A stretch of DNA of 64,000 bases from Lepidodermella squamata (taxonomy: Eukaryota; Animalia; Gastrotricha). Of this stretch, positions 50,071 through 63,984 are shown in pieces. How positions within the stretch are numbered: position 1 is the stretch's first letter; each line of letters begins with the position of its first letter. The notes beneath the pieces are model-generated. The model had not been told where the DNA came from. It did not search any database and saw only the letters and a program-made list of their open reading frames with translations. The stretch is taken from NCBI GenBank assembly GCA_047495785.1, contig JBLDXI010000055.1, positions 2,019,284-2,083,283 on the forward strand. The letters run 5' to 3'. The translations under genes were made by a program, and so were the position numbers.

Positions 50071-50846
50071 ATTGACTGGCCGTGCGAGAGATTATTAGCA
50101 GAGTTTCGAAATGTCGGCATTCAAGTTCTTCAAGTTCAAATACGTGATCAGGATCCTGTCTATGCTCTCACTTCAGGAGGCTTCCGAATAGCCTCCAGTT
50201 TAGGAGGGTTCTGGTTAAGGTTAGTTTCAGGGTTCAGGTTAGGGTTAGGTTCAGGGTTCTGGTTAGGGTTAGTTCAGGGTAGGTGTGGGTTTTGCAATCC
50301 CAAAACGGCGTAACAATTCAGAGGTTAGCACCAAATTAGATAATTCAAGTTTCCATCAAGCTGGAATCAATTTTCAACCCTAATAACCTGTCCAATATCT
50401 TGCTCATGCGATAATTTTGTAAACCCGCAATTCCACAACTGTCGATTGAATATTTCTGTTTTTCTGTTTTGCCGCTCTATGTTGGACCTTTGTGTCCCAG
50501 GTAATTTGTTTGGAAAACAGTGGGATGAGTATACTTTCCCATAGAGGCACACAATTTCTTTACAATACGTTCTTCCGATTACATTTGCTTATCCGTATCC
50601 GCAGTAAAAATGTTTAACAAATGATAAAATCAAAAAATTCTTCCTTTATTTCGTATTGCCAGGTGCCAACAATATGCATACCTTTAGTTAGGAACATATT
50701 TTGAAGCGGCTGATAAATGACCAGAGGTAAACAGTTATTTTCCCTCGTCATCATTATTTAGAAAATATGAGGGATCTCATCGCTAAGCTCACTTTTCACC
50801 CTAATTCAGTTTCATGGTGATCCATTGGACCGAACGGGCGAGAGTT

Positions 50847-53800
50847 GTTAGGGTTATTGGTAATAGTTTAATACAGACGAGCTGCAAACCGGGGCCTCTC
50901 GTTTTACCGAGAGTCAAACCGGGCCCTACCATTACTCCATCATAGGGATCCAAGATGAGCATCATTTTCATGTTTATGATGATTCTTCATCACAAAAATT
51001 ATGTGTCCCTAACCACTCCGCAATAATACTGAGATCCGATAAAAAATTCCCGACAAATGGCTCAAAGGAACTCAGACAAAATTTGTATTCAAAGAATGAA
51101 TACAATTCAATCAGAAGAATGACCCAGGGGAGTCATTTTCTGCTTGAATTTAATTTACCATGACCCAGGGGAGTCAGGCAAATTATCTATTTTACCATGA
51201 CCCAGGGGAGTCAGGCAAATTATTAATATTTCACCATGACCCAGGGGAGTCAGGGAAATTACAAAGGATAGAATTAGAAATAAATAAATTGTAAACATTT
51301 CAACATAAGTCTACTGCCTTGGAACAGTTTCATAACTTCGGAAAAATTGCTTACTTTCCGTCAAACGTTGAAGCAAAAGTTATGAAGGGTTTTACACTAG
51401 TGTCCTCAAACTTACTATATGTTGAAAACAAAGTTTAACAGATAGTGCTCTTGAAGAGCGATTGATAATTTTACAGTCTTCGAGAAAGACTTTTATAAGC
51501 TTCTTTGATTGAATGGCTGCGTAAATTATTTTCTCGCCAGATTTTGCCAATCGTCGTGCCAAGTCAAGTCACATGGATCTTATTCATGCGTTGTATTTAA
51601 TTAGCGAGTCGTTCTTTATGAATGAAATAAGATTCCAAGCTCAAGTCACGTGCAAACTAGAGCACATAAAAAATTATTTCCAAGATATTTTTGGAAATTA
51701 AAATGCAAATTACAGCATGAACACAAGAAGCGGGCAAAACTGACAAGTGCAGATGCATCCCCTGAAGGTGCACCTCATCGTTATGCCAATCGTATTCAGC
51801 GGGAATGAAAACTTAACAAGCGAAATAAATGAGCAAGTAATTTCACAAAATTATGACCCAACAGGTCACGTTAAATAAATCTGGAACCCTCAATATTAGA
51901 CGTACCTCGTTTTGGATATGATTTCCGCAATCAGCGGACCCCATTTTACTTATTCTTTGTGTTTAATCAACAGTTAACTCAGGATCAACGGAATTGTTGA
52001 AGAATTTGAACCTCCATAAGTGACATTTTAAATTTCAAAGTAGGTCATCTGGAACCGATCTGGAACCTTTTCCCTTCACCGTACATGATTTTCGACCACA
52101 TTTCCACCATCAGCGGACCCGATAATACTAATTCCATGCGATTAATCTGCAGTTGACTGAAGATCCGAGAAAATATGAATTATTTTGAAATGCCAAAAGT
52201 GAAAATCTCAATTTCGAAATAGATGATTTTAGTTCGCTCCGGAACCTTTATTATCGACAGCCGTCTTGATTCAACTTGATATTCGTCATCAGCTGACTTG
52301 ATAGTACTATTCCTGTCAATATTTCACCAATTGGCTCTGAATCCGGTAAGTTTAGATGAAATTTGAAAGGTCAACCGTGACCAGATCGAGCTGAAAATAG
52401 GTCATTTGGGATCGATCTGGAACCTTTTCCCTTCACCGTACATGGTTTTCAACCACGTAATCGCCATCAGCGGACCTGATAGCACGATTCCTGTAAATTA
52501 TTCACAAACTGGCCGAGAATCCGACAAGTTAAGATCAAATTTGAAAGGTCAATCATGAAAATTTAAAAGTCAAAGTAGGTCATTTGGGATCGGTCTGGAA
52601 CCTTTTCCCTTCACCGTACATGGTTTTCAACCACGTTATCGTCATCAGCGGTCCTCGTATCATGATTCCTGTAAATTATTCACAAATTGGCGAAGAATCC
52701 GACAATTTAACGACCCATTTGAAAGGTCAAACATGAAAATGTAAAAGTCAAAGTAGGTCATTTGGGATCGATCTGGATCTTTTATCTCGAATCGGGTGTG
52801 TTTTCCGACTTGATATTCCTCATCAGCGGACCTGATTGTGCTATTCCCGTCAATTTTTCACCAAATGGCTCAGGATCCGTCAAGTTATGATCAAAATTGA
52901 AAGGTAAAATTGTTTAATTTTCCATTTCAAAGTACGTGATTTGGATTCGCTCTGGAACCATTATGGTAGATAGCCTTCTTAATCCGATTTGATATTCATT
53001 ATCAGCGGACCTGACATTGCTATTCCTGCGATTTATTCACGAAGTGACCAAGAATCCGGGAAGTTTAGATGAAATTTGAAAGGTCAACCGTGACCAGGTT
53101 GAACTCAAATTAGGTCATTTGGGATTGATCTGGAACCTTTTCCCTTCACCGTACATGGTTTTCAACCACATAATCGTCATTAGCGGACCCGATAATATTA
53201 TTTCCATGCGATTCATCGATCAGTGCCTGAAAATCCGAGGCATAATGAATTATTTTAAGATGCCAAAAGTGAAAATTTGAAGCCCGAAGTGGGTCACTTG
53301 GAATCGTTCTGGAACCTTTTTTTCACCGTACCAAGGTTTGGACGACACATTCATGATCGGTTGACCCGATAGTACTATTTCCATTCCAATAGCCGAAATT
53401 CCCCCCAAGATCCGAGAATTCATGAATAATTTCGAAATGCTTAATTACAAAACATCAAGTTCAAACTAGGTCATTTGGAAACGACCTGGAACCTTTTTCC
53501 GAGATTCCCTCGCGAATCTGGCATCATATTCGTGCTCAGGAGCCCTGAGAGTACCAATTCCATGTATTTAATCGGCAAAAGCATGGGAATCCGAGAAATC
53601 CCTGACTATTTTGAAAGGTCCAAATAGTCCAAAAGTGAGAATTTCCAACTTAAAGTAGGTCATTTGGGATCGATCTGGAACCTTTATCTCGAATCGGGTG
53701 TGTTTTTCGACTTGATATTCGTCATCAGCTGACTTGAAAGTACTATTCCTGTCAATATTTCACCAATTGGCTCTGAATCCGGTAAGTTTAGATGAAATTT

Positions 53801-55664
53801 GAAAGGTCAACCGTGACCAGATCGAGCTGAAAATAGGTCATTTGGGATCGATCTGGAACCTTTTCCCTTCACCGTACATGGTTTTCAACCACGTAATCGC
53901 CATCAGCGGACCTGATGGCACGATTCCTGTAAATAATTCACAAATTGGCTTAGGATTCGTCATGTTGAGATGAAATTTGAAAAGCCAAACATGGCTTCTA
54001 CATTACTCACAAAGGTCAATTGGTACCTCGCCGGAACCTTTTCTGTTAACAGTGTATGGTCTCGACCCCACAATCGCGGTTGGTCGACCCGATGATGCTT
54101 ATTTGAATAATCGACAAGCGCCTGAAGATCCGAGGGATAGCCAAAAAGTTTATAAAATCCAAAAGTGAAATTCTTTAAACTGAAGTAGGTCACTTGGAAT
54201 CGGTCTGGAACCTTTGTCATTGGCCGCACATGTCTCCTGACCACATCCCCGCGTTAAGCGGACTCTATAACACAATTTCATTGCGGTTAATCAATAAATG
54301 CATGAAGATCCGAAAAATTATGAAATTATTTGAAATGCCAAAAGTTAAATTTCGGAACTCAAAATAGCCCACTTGGAATCGATCTGGAACCTTTTCTGTT
54401 CACCGTACAAGGGTTTTGACCACATAATCTTGATCGGCGGACCCGACAGTATTATTTCCATTCTAACGCTTGAAAATTCACCCAAGATCCGAATAAATAT
54501 GAATTTCTTTGGCAGTACCAAAGAAGAAACTCTCAAACTCAAATAAGGTCATCTGGAATCGATCTGGAACCTTTTCCCTTCACCGTACATGATTTTCGAC
54601 CACATTTCCGCCATCAGCGGACCCGATAATACTATTTTCATTCGATTAATCGCCAATTGACTGAATATCCGAGAAATTATGAATTATTTTGAAATGCCAA
54701 AAGTGAATATCTCAAACTCAAATAGGTCATCTGGAACCGATCTGGAGCTTTTACCGTTAACCGTACATGATTTTAGGCGACATATTTGTCATCTGGAGAC
54801 CTTATAACACTATGCCTATGAATAATTCTTAAATCGGCTCAGAATCTATCAAGTTGACATGACATTTGAAAGGTCAACTAACTACAAAATTGACTGGCCG
54901 TGCGAGAGATTATTAGCAGAGTTTCGAAATGTCGGCATTCAAGTTCTTCAAGTTCAAATACGTGATCAGGATCCTGTCTATGCTCTCACTTCAGGAGGCT
55001 TCCGAATAGCCTCCAGTTTAGGAGGGTTCTGGTTAAGGTTAGTTTCAGGGTTCAGGTTAGGGTTAGGTTCAGGGTTCTGGTTAGGGTTAGTTCAGGGTAG
55101 GTGTGGGTTTTGCAATCCCAAAACGGCGTAACAATTCAGAGGTTAGCACCAAATTAGATAATTCAAGTTTCCATCAAGCTGGAATCAATTTTCAACCCTA
55201 ATAACCTGTCCAATATCTTGCTCATGCGATAATTTTGTAAACCCGCAATTCCACAACTGTCGATTGAATATTTCTGTTTTTCTGTTTTGCCGCTCTATGT
55301 TGGACCTTTGTGTCCCAGGTAATTTGTTTGGAAAACAGTGGGATGAGTATACTTTCCCATAGAGGCACACAATTTCTTTACAATACGTTCTTCCGATTAC
55401 ATTTGCTTATCCGTATCCGCAGTAAAAATGTTTAACAAATGATAAAATCAAAAAATTCTTCCTTTATTTCGTATTGCCAGGTGCCAACAATATGCATACC
55501 TTTAGTTAGGAACATATTTTGAAGCGGCTGATAAATGACCAGAGGTAAACAGTTATTTTCCCTCGTCATCATTATTTAGAAAATATGAGGGATCTCATCG
55601 CTAAGCTCACTTTTCACCCTAATTCAGTTTCATGGTGATCCATTGGACCGAACGGGCGAGAGTT
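50847..55664 (+). repeat. 4818-bp element, copy 2 (head-to-tail with copy 1)
   Basis: Junction GGCGAGAGTT|GTTAGGGTTATTGG at 50846/50847; near-identical to copy 1. Confidence 0.95.
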
Positions 55665-55866
55665 GTTAGGGTTATTGGTAATAGTTTAATACAGACGAGC
55701 TGCAAACCGGGGCCTCTCGTTTTACCGAGAGTCAAACCGGGCCCTACCATTACTCCATCATAGGGATCCAAGATGAGCATCATTTTCATGTTTATGATGA
55801 TTCTTCATCACAAAAATTATGTGTCCCTAACCACTCCGCAATAATACTGAGATCCGATAAAAAATT
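55665..55866 (+). repeat. 202-bp terminal repeat H closing the first array
   Basis: Matches the first 202 bp of the unit, then switches after GATAAAAAATT to GGGG(TTAGGG)n instead of CCCGACAAATGG. Confidence 0.95.
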
Positions 55867-56090
55867 GGGGTTAGGGTTAGGGTTAGGGTTAGGGTTAGGG
55901 TTAGGGTTAGGGTTAGGGTTAGGGTTAGGGTTAGGGTTAGGGTTAGGGTTAGGGTTAGGGTTAGGGTTAGGGTTAGGGTTAGGGTTAGGGTTAGGGTTAG
56001 GGTTAGGGTTAGGGTTAGGGTTAGGGTTAGGGTTAGGGTTAGGGTTAGGGTTAGGGTTAGGGTTAGGGTTAGGGTTAGGGTTAGGGTTAG
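55867..56090 (+). repeat. Interstitial telomeric tract GGGG(TTAGGG)36 TTAG
   Basis: Direct reading of the sequence. Confidence 0.98.
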
Positions 56091-59000
56091 TGGTAATAGT
56101 TTAATACAGACGAGCTGCAAACCGGGGCCTCTCGTTTTACCGAGAGTCAAACCGGGCCCTACCATTACTCCATCATAGGGATCCAAGATGAGCATCATTT
56201 TCATGTTTATGATGATTCTTCATCACAAAAATTATGTGTCCCTAACCACTCCGCAATAATACTGAGATCCGATAAAAAATTCCCGACAAATGGCTCAAAG
56301 GAACTCAGACAAAATTTGTATTCAAAGAATGAATACAATTCAATCAGAAGAATGACCCAGGGGAGTCATTTTCTGCTTGAATTTAATTTACCATGACCCA
56401 GGGGAGTCAGGCAAATTATCTATTTTACCATGACCCAGGGGAGTCAGGCAAATTATTAATATTTCACCATGACCCAGGGGAGTCAGGGAAATTACAAAGG
56501 ATAGAATTAGAAATAAATAAATTGTAAACATTTCAACATAAGTCTACTGCCTTGGAACAGTTTCATAACTTCGGAAAAATTGCTTACTTTCCGTCAAACG
56601 TTGAAGCAAAAGTTATGAAGGGTTTTACACTAGTGTCCTCAAACTTACTATATGTTGAAAACAAAGTTTAACAGATAGTGCTCTTGAAGAGCGATTGATA
56701 ATTTTACAGTCTTCGAGAAAGACTTTTATAAGCTTCTTTGATTGAATGGCTGCGTAAATTATTTTCTCGCCAGATTTTGCCAATCGTCGTGCCAAGTCAA
56801 GTCACATGGATCTTATTCATGCGTTGTATTTAATTAGCGAGTCGTTCTTTATGAATGAAATAAGATTCCAAGCTCAAGTCACGTGCAAACTAGAGCACAT
56901 AAAAAATTATTTCCAAGATATTTTTGGAAATTAAAATGCAAATTACAGCATGAACACAAGAAGCGGGCAAAACTGACAAGTGCAGATGCATCCCCTGAAG
57001 GTGCACCTCATCGTTATGCCAATCGTATTCAGCGGGAATGAAAACTTAACAAGCGAAATAAATGAGCAAGTAATTTCACAAAATTATGACCCAACAGGTC
57101 ACGTTAAATAAATCTGGAACCCTCAATATTAGACGTACCTCGTTTTGGATATGATTTCCGCAATCAGCGGACCCCATTTTACTTATTCTTTGTGTTTAAT
57201 CAACAGTTAACTCAGGATCAACGGAATTGTTGAAGAATTTGAACCTCCATAAGTGACATTTTAAATTTCAAAGTAGGTCATCTGGAACCGATCTGGAACC
57301 TTTTCCCTTCACCGTACATGATTTTCGACCACATTTCCACCATCAGCGGACCCGATAATACTAATTCCATGCGATTAATCTGCAGTTGACTGAAGATCCG
57401 AGAAAATATGAATTATTTTGAAATGCCAAAAGTGAAAATCTCAATTTCGAAATAGATGATTTTAGTTCGCTCCGGAACCTTTATTATCGACAGCCGTCTT
57501 GATTCAACTTGATATTCGTCATCAGCTGACTTGATAGTACTATTCCTGTCAATATTTCACCAATTGGCTCTGAATCCGGTAAGTTTAGATGAAATTTGAA
57601 AGGTCAACCGTGACCAGATCGAGCTGAAAATAGGTCATTTGGGATCGATCTGGAACCTTTTCCCTTCACCGTACATGGTTTTCAACCACGTAATCGCCAT
57701 CAGCGGACCTGATAGCACGATTCCTGTAAATTATTCACAAACTGGCCGAGAATCCGACAAGTTAAGATCAAATTTGAAAGGTCAATCATGAAAATTTAAA
57801 AGTCAAAGTAGGTCATTTGGGATCGGTCTGGAACCTTTTCCCTTCACCGTACATGGTTTTCAACCACGTTATCGTCATCAGCGGTCCTCGTATCATGATT
57901 CCTGTAAATTATTCACAAATTGGCGAAGAATCCGACAATTTAACGACCCATTTGAAAGGTCAAACATGAAAATGTAAAAGTCAAAGTAGGTCATTTGGGA
58001 TCGATCTGGATCTTTTATCTCGAATCGGGTGTGTTTTCCGACTTGATATTCCTCATCAGCGGACCTGATTGTGCTATTCCCGTCAATTTTTCACCAAATG
58101 GCTCAGGATCCGTCAAGTTATGATCAAAATTGAAAGGTAAAATTGTTTAATTTTCCATTTCAAAGTACGTGATTTGGATTCGCTCTGGAACCATTATGGT
58201 AGATAGCCTTCTTAATCCGATTTGATATTCATTATCAGCGGACCTGACATTGCTATTCCTGCGATTTATTCACGAAGTGACCAAGAATCCGGGAAGTTTA
58301 GATGAAATTTGAAAGGTCAACCGTGACCAGGTTGAACTCAAATTAGGTCATTTGGGATTGATCTGGAACCTTTTCCCTTCACCGTACATGGTTTTCAACC
58401 ACATAATCGTCATTAGCGGACCCGATAATATTATTTCCATGCGATTCATCGATCAGTGCCTGAAAATCCGAGGCATAATGAATTATTTTAAGATGCCAAA
58501 AGTGAAAATTTGAAGCCCGAAGTGGGTCACTTGGAATCGTTCTGGAACCTTTTTTTCACCGTACCAAGGTTTGGACGACACATTCATGATCGGTTGACCC
58601 GATAGTACTATTTCCATTCCAATAGCCGAAATTCCCCCCAAGATCCGAGAATTCATGAATAATTTCGAAATGCTTAATTACAAAACATCAAGTTCAAACT
58701 AGGTCATTTGGAAACGACCTGGAACCTTTTTCCGAGATTCCCTCGCGAATCTGGCATCATATTCGTGCTCAGGAGCCCTGAGAGTACCAATTCCATGTAT
58801 TTAATCGGCAAAAGCATGGGAATCCGAGAAATCCCTGACTATTTTGAAAGGTCCAAATAGTCCAAAAGTGAGAATTTCCAACTTAAAGTAGGTCATTTGG
58901 GATCGATCTGGAACCTTTATCTCGAATCGGGTGTGTTTTTCGACTTGATATTCGTCATCAGCTGACTTGAAAGTACTATTCCTGTCAATATTTCACCAAT

Positions 59001-61099
59001 TGGCTCTGAATCCGGTAAGTTTAGATGAAATTTGAAAGGTCAACCGTGACCAAATCGAGCTGAAAATAGGTCATTTGGGATCGATCTGGAACCTTTTCCC
59101 TTCACCGTACATGGTTTTCAACCACGTAATCGCCATCAGCGGACCTGATGGCACGATTCCTGTAAATAATTCACAAATTGGCTTAGGATTCGTCATGTTG
59201 AGATGAAATTTGAAAAGCCAAACATGGCTTCTACATTACTCACAAAGGTCAATTGGTACCTCGCCGGAACCTTTTCTGTTAACAGTGTATGGTCTCGACC
59301 CCACAATCGCGGTTGGTCGACCCGATGATGCTTATTTGAATAATCGACAAGCGCCTGAAGATCCGAGGGATAGCCAAAAAGTTTATAAAATCCAAAAGTG
59401 AAATTCTTTAAACTGAAGTAGGTCACTTGGAATCGGTCTGGAACCTTTGTCATTGGCCGCACATGTCTCCTGACCACATCCCCGCGTTAAGCGGACTCTA
59501 TAACACAATTTCATTGCGGTTAATCAATAAATGCATGAAGATCCGAAAAATTATGAAATTATTTGAAATGCCAAAAGTTAAATTTCGGAACTCAAAATAG
59601 CCCACTTGGAATCGATCTGGAACCTTTTCTGTTCACCGTACAAGGGTTTTGACCACATAATCTTGATCGGCGGACCCGACAGTATTATTTCCATTCTAAC
59701 GCTTGAAAATTCACCCAAGATCCGAATAAATATGAATTTCTTTGGCAGTACCAAAGAAGAAACTCTCAAACTCAAATAAGGTCATCTGGAATCGATCTGG
59801 AACCTTTTCCCTTCACCGTACATGATTTTCGACCACATTTCCGCCATCAGCGGACCCGATAATACTATTTTCATTCGATTAATCGCCAATTGACTGAATA
59901 TCCGAGAAATTATGAATTATTTTGAAATGCCAAAAGTGAATATCTCAAACTCAAATAGGTCATCTGGAACCGATCTGGAGCTTTTACCGTTAACCGTACA
60001 TGATTTTAGGCGACATATTTGTCATCTGGAGACCTTATAACACTATGCCTATGAATAATTCTTAAATCGGCTCAGAATCTATCAAGTTGACATGACATTT
60101 GAAAGGTCAACTAACTACAAAATTGACTGGCCGTGCGAGAGATTATTAGCAGAGTTTCGAAATGTCGGCATTCAAGTTCTTCAAGTTCAAATACGTGATC
60201 AGGATCCTGTCTATGCTCTCACTTCAGGAGGCTTCCGAATAGCCTCCAGTTTAGGAGGGTTCTGGTTAAGGTTAGTTTCAGGGTTCAGGTTAGGGTTAGG
60301 TTCAGGGTTCTGGTTAGGGTTAGTTCAGGGTAGGTGTGGGTTTTGCAATCCCAAAACGGCGTAACAATTCAGAGGTTAGCACCAAATTAGATAATTCAAG
60401 TTTCCATCAAGCTGGAATCAATTTTCAACCCTAATAACCTGTCCAATATCTTGCTCATGCGATAATTTTGTAAACCCGCAATTCCACAACTGTCGATTGA
60501 ATATTTCTGTTTTTCTGTTTTGCCGCTCTATGTTGGACCTTTGTGTCCCAGGTAATTTGTTTGGAAAACAGTGGGATGAGTATACTTTCCCATAGAGGCA
60601 CACAATTTCTTTACAATACGTTCTTCCGATTACATTTGCTTATCCGTATCCGCAGTAAAAATGTTTAACAAATGATAAAATCAAAAAATTCTTCCTTTAT
60701 TTCGTATTGCCAGGTGCCAACAATATGCATACCTTTAGTTAGGAACATATTTTGAAGCGGCTGATAAATGACCAGAGGTAAACAGTTATTTTCCCTCGTC
60801 ATCATTATTTAGAAAATATGAGGGATCTCATCGCTAAGCTCACTTTTCACCCTAATTCAGTTTCATGGTGATCCATTGGACCGAACGGGCGAGAGTTGTT
60901 AGGGTTATTGGTAATAGTTTAATACAGACGAGCTGCAAACCGGGGCCTCTCGTTTTACCGAGAGTCAAACCGGGCCCTACCATTACTCCATCATAGGGAT
61001 CCAAGATGAGCATCATTTTCATGTTTATGATGATTCTTCATCACAAAAATTATGTGTCCCTAACCACTCCGCAATAATACTGAGATCCGATAAAAAATT
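56080..61099 (+). repeat. Element copy 3 (H + B) plus closing 202-bp H (60898-61099)
   Basis: Offset +10051 from copy 1; again ends after GATAAAAAATT. Confidence 0.95.
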
Positions 61100-63984
61100 G
61101 GGGTGAAAAGTGAGCTTAGCGATGAGATCCCTCATATTTTCTAAATAATGATGACGAGGGAAAATAACTGTTTACCTCTGGTCATTTATCAGCCGCTTCA
61201 AAATATGTTCCTAACTAAAGGTATGCATATTGTTGGCACCTGGCAATACGAAATAAAGGAAGAATTTTTTGATTTTATCATTTGTTAAACATTTTTACTG
61301 CGGATACGGATAAGCAAATGTAATCGGAAGAACGTATTGTAAAGAAATTGTGTGCCTCTATGGGAAAGTATACTCATCCCACTGTTTTCCAAACAAATTA
61401 CCTGGGACACAAAGGTCCAACATAGAGCGGCAAAACAGAAAAACAGAAATATTCAATCGACAGTTGTGGAATTGCGGGTTTACAAAATTATCGCATGAGC
61501 AAGATATTGGACAGGTTATTAGGGTTGAAAATTGATTCCAGCTTGATGGAAACTTGAATTATCTAATTTGGTGCTAACCTCTGAATTGTTACGCCGTTTT
61601 GGGATTGCAAAACCCACACCTACCCTGAACTAACCCTAACCAGAACCCTGAACCTAACCCTAACCTGAACCCTGAAACTAACCTTAACCAGAACCCTCCT
61701 AAACTGGAGGCTATTCGGAAGCCTCCTGAAGTGAGAGCATAGACAGGATCCTGATCACGTATTTGAACTTGAAGAACTTGAATGCCGACATTTCGAAACT
61801 CTGCTAATAATCTCTCGCACGGCCAGTCAATTTTGTAGTTAGTTGACCTTTCAAATGTCATGTCAACTTGATAGATTCTGAGCCGATTTAAGAATTATTC
61901 ATAGGCATAGTGTTATAAGGTCTCCAGATGACAAATATGTCGCCTAAAATCATGTACGGTTAACGGTAAAAGCTCCAGATCGGTTCCAGATGACCTATTT
62001 GAGTTTGAGATATTCACTTTTGGCATTTCAAAATAATTCATAATTTCTCGGATATTCAGTCAATTGGCGATTAATCGAATGAAAATAGTATTATCGGGTC
62101 CGCTGATGGCGGAAATGTGGTCGAAAATCATGTACGGTGAAGGGAAAAGGTTCCAGATCGATTCCAGATGACCTTATTTGAGTTTGAGAGTTTCTTCTTT
62201 GGTACTGCCAAAGAAATTCATATTTATTCGGATCTTGGGTGAATTTTCAAGCGTTAGAATGGAAATAATACTGTCGGGTCCGCCGATCAAGATTATGTGG
62301 TCAAAACCCTTGTACGGTGAACAGAAAAGGTTCCAGATCGATTCCAAGTGGGCTATTTTGAGTTCCGAAATTTAACTTTTGGCATTTCAAATAATTTCAT
62401 AATTTTTCGGATCTTCATGCATTTATTGATTAACCGCAATGAAATTGTGTTATAGAGTCCGCTTAACGCGGGGATGTGGTCAGGAGACATGTGCGGCCAA
62501 TGACAAAGGTTCCAGACCGATTCCAAGTGACCTACTTCAGTTTAAAGAATTTCACTTTTGGATTTTATAAACTTTTTGGCTATCCCTCGGATCTTCAGGC
62601 GCTTGTCGATTATTCAAATAAGCATCATCGGGTCGACCAACCGCGATTGTGGGGTCGAGACCATACACTGTTAACAGAAAAGGTTCCGGCGAGGTACCAA
62701 TTGACCTTTGTGAGTAATGTAGAAGCCATGTTTGGCTTTTCAAATTTCATCTCAACATGACGAATCCTAAGCCAATTTGTGAATTATTTACAGGAATCGT
62801 GCCATCAGGTCCGCTGATGGCGATTACGTGGTTGAAAACCATGTACGGTGAAGGGAAAAGGTTCCAGATCGATCCCAAATGACCTATTTTCAGCTCGATC
62901 TGGTCACGGTTGACCTTTCAAATTTCATCTAAACTTACCGGATTCAGAGCCAATTGGTGAAATATTGACAGGAATAGTACTTTCAAGTCAGCTGATGACG
63001 ATTATGTGGTTGAAAACCATGTACGGTGAAGGGAAAAGGTTCCAGATCAATCCCAAATGACCTAATTTGAGTTCAACCTGGTCACGGTTGACCTTTCAAA
63101 TTTCATCTAAACTTCCCGGATTCTTGGTCACTTCGTGAATAAATCGCAGGAATAGCAATGTCAGGTCCGCTGATAATGAATATCAAATCGGATTAAGAAG
63201 GCTATCTACCATAATGGTTCCAGAGCGAATCCAAATCACGTACTTTGAAATGGAAAATTAAACAATTTTACCTTTCAATTTTGATCATAACTTGACGGAT
63301 CCTGAGCCATTTGGTGAAAAATTGACGGGAATAGCACAATCAGGTCCGCTGATGAGGAATATCAAGTCGGAAAACACACCCGATTCGAGATAAAAGATCC
63401 AGATCGATCCCAAATGACCTACTTTGACTTTTACATTTTCATGTTTGACCTTTCAAATGGGTCGTTAAATTGTCGGATTCTTCGCCAATTTGTGAATAAT
63501 TTACAGGAATCATGATACGAGGACCGCTGATGACGATAACGTGGTTGAAAACCATGTACGGTGAAGGGAAAAGGTTCCAGACCGATCCCAAATGACCTAC
63601 TTTGACTTTTAAATTTTCATGATTGACCTTTCAAATTTGATCTTAACTTGTCGGATTCTCGGCCAGTTTGTGAATAATTTACAGGAATCGTGCTATCAGG
63701 TCCGCTGATGGCGATTACGTGGTTGAAAACCATGTACGGTGAAGGGAAAAGGTTCCAGATCGATCCCAAATGACCTATTTTCAGCTCGATCTGGTCACGG
63801 TTGACCTTTCAAATTTCATCTAAACTTACCGGATTCAGAGCCAATTGGTGAAATATTGACAGGAATAGTACTATCAAGTCAGCTGATGACGAATATCAAG
63901 TTGAATCAAGACGGCTGTCGATAATAAAGGTTCCGGAGCGAACTAAAATCATCTATTTCGAAATTGAGATTTTCACTTTTGGCA
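61100..63984 (-). repeat. Inverted partial copy of the element body (palindrome arm) with a 545-bp internal deletion
   Basis: Mirror of sequence ending at 60852 (paired coordinates sum to 121953 up to the deletion); ORF-track entries are mirrored; departs from the element after about 63984. Confidence 0.93.

Larger units (their letters stand above)
46029..50846 (+). repeat. 4818-bp telomere-associated element, copy 1 (H + B)
   Basis: Starts GTTAGGGTTATTGGTAATAG; identical ORF-track entries recur at +4818 and +10051. Confidence 0.95.

Noticed and set aside
49142-50552. Short ORFs (61-94 aa) repeated in each element copy
   Set aside because: They lie in or beside a 178-bp satellite (not a multiple of 3) with frequent stops; they recur only because the DNA is duplicated.
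55827-56204. (LT)n and (GL)n ORFs, also 45962-46153
   Set aside because: Translations of TTAGGG repeats.
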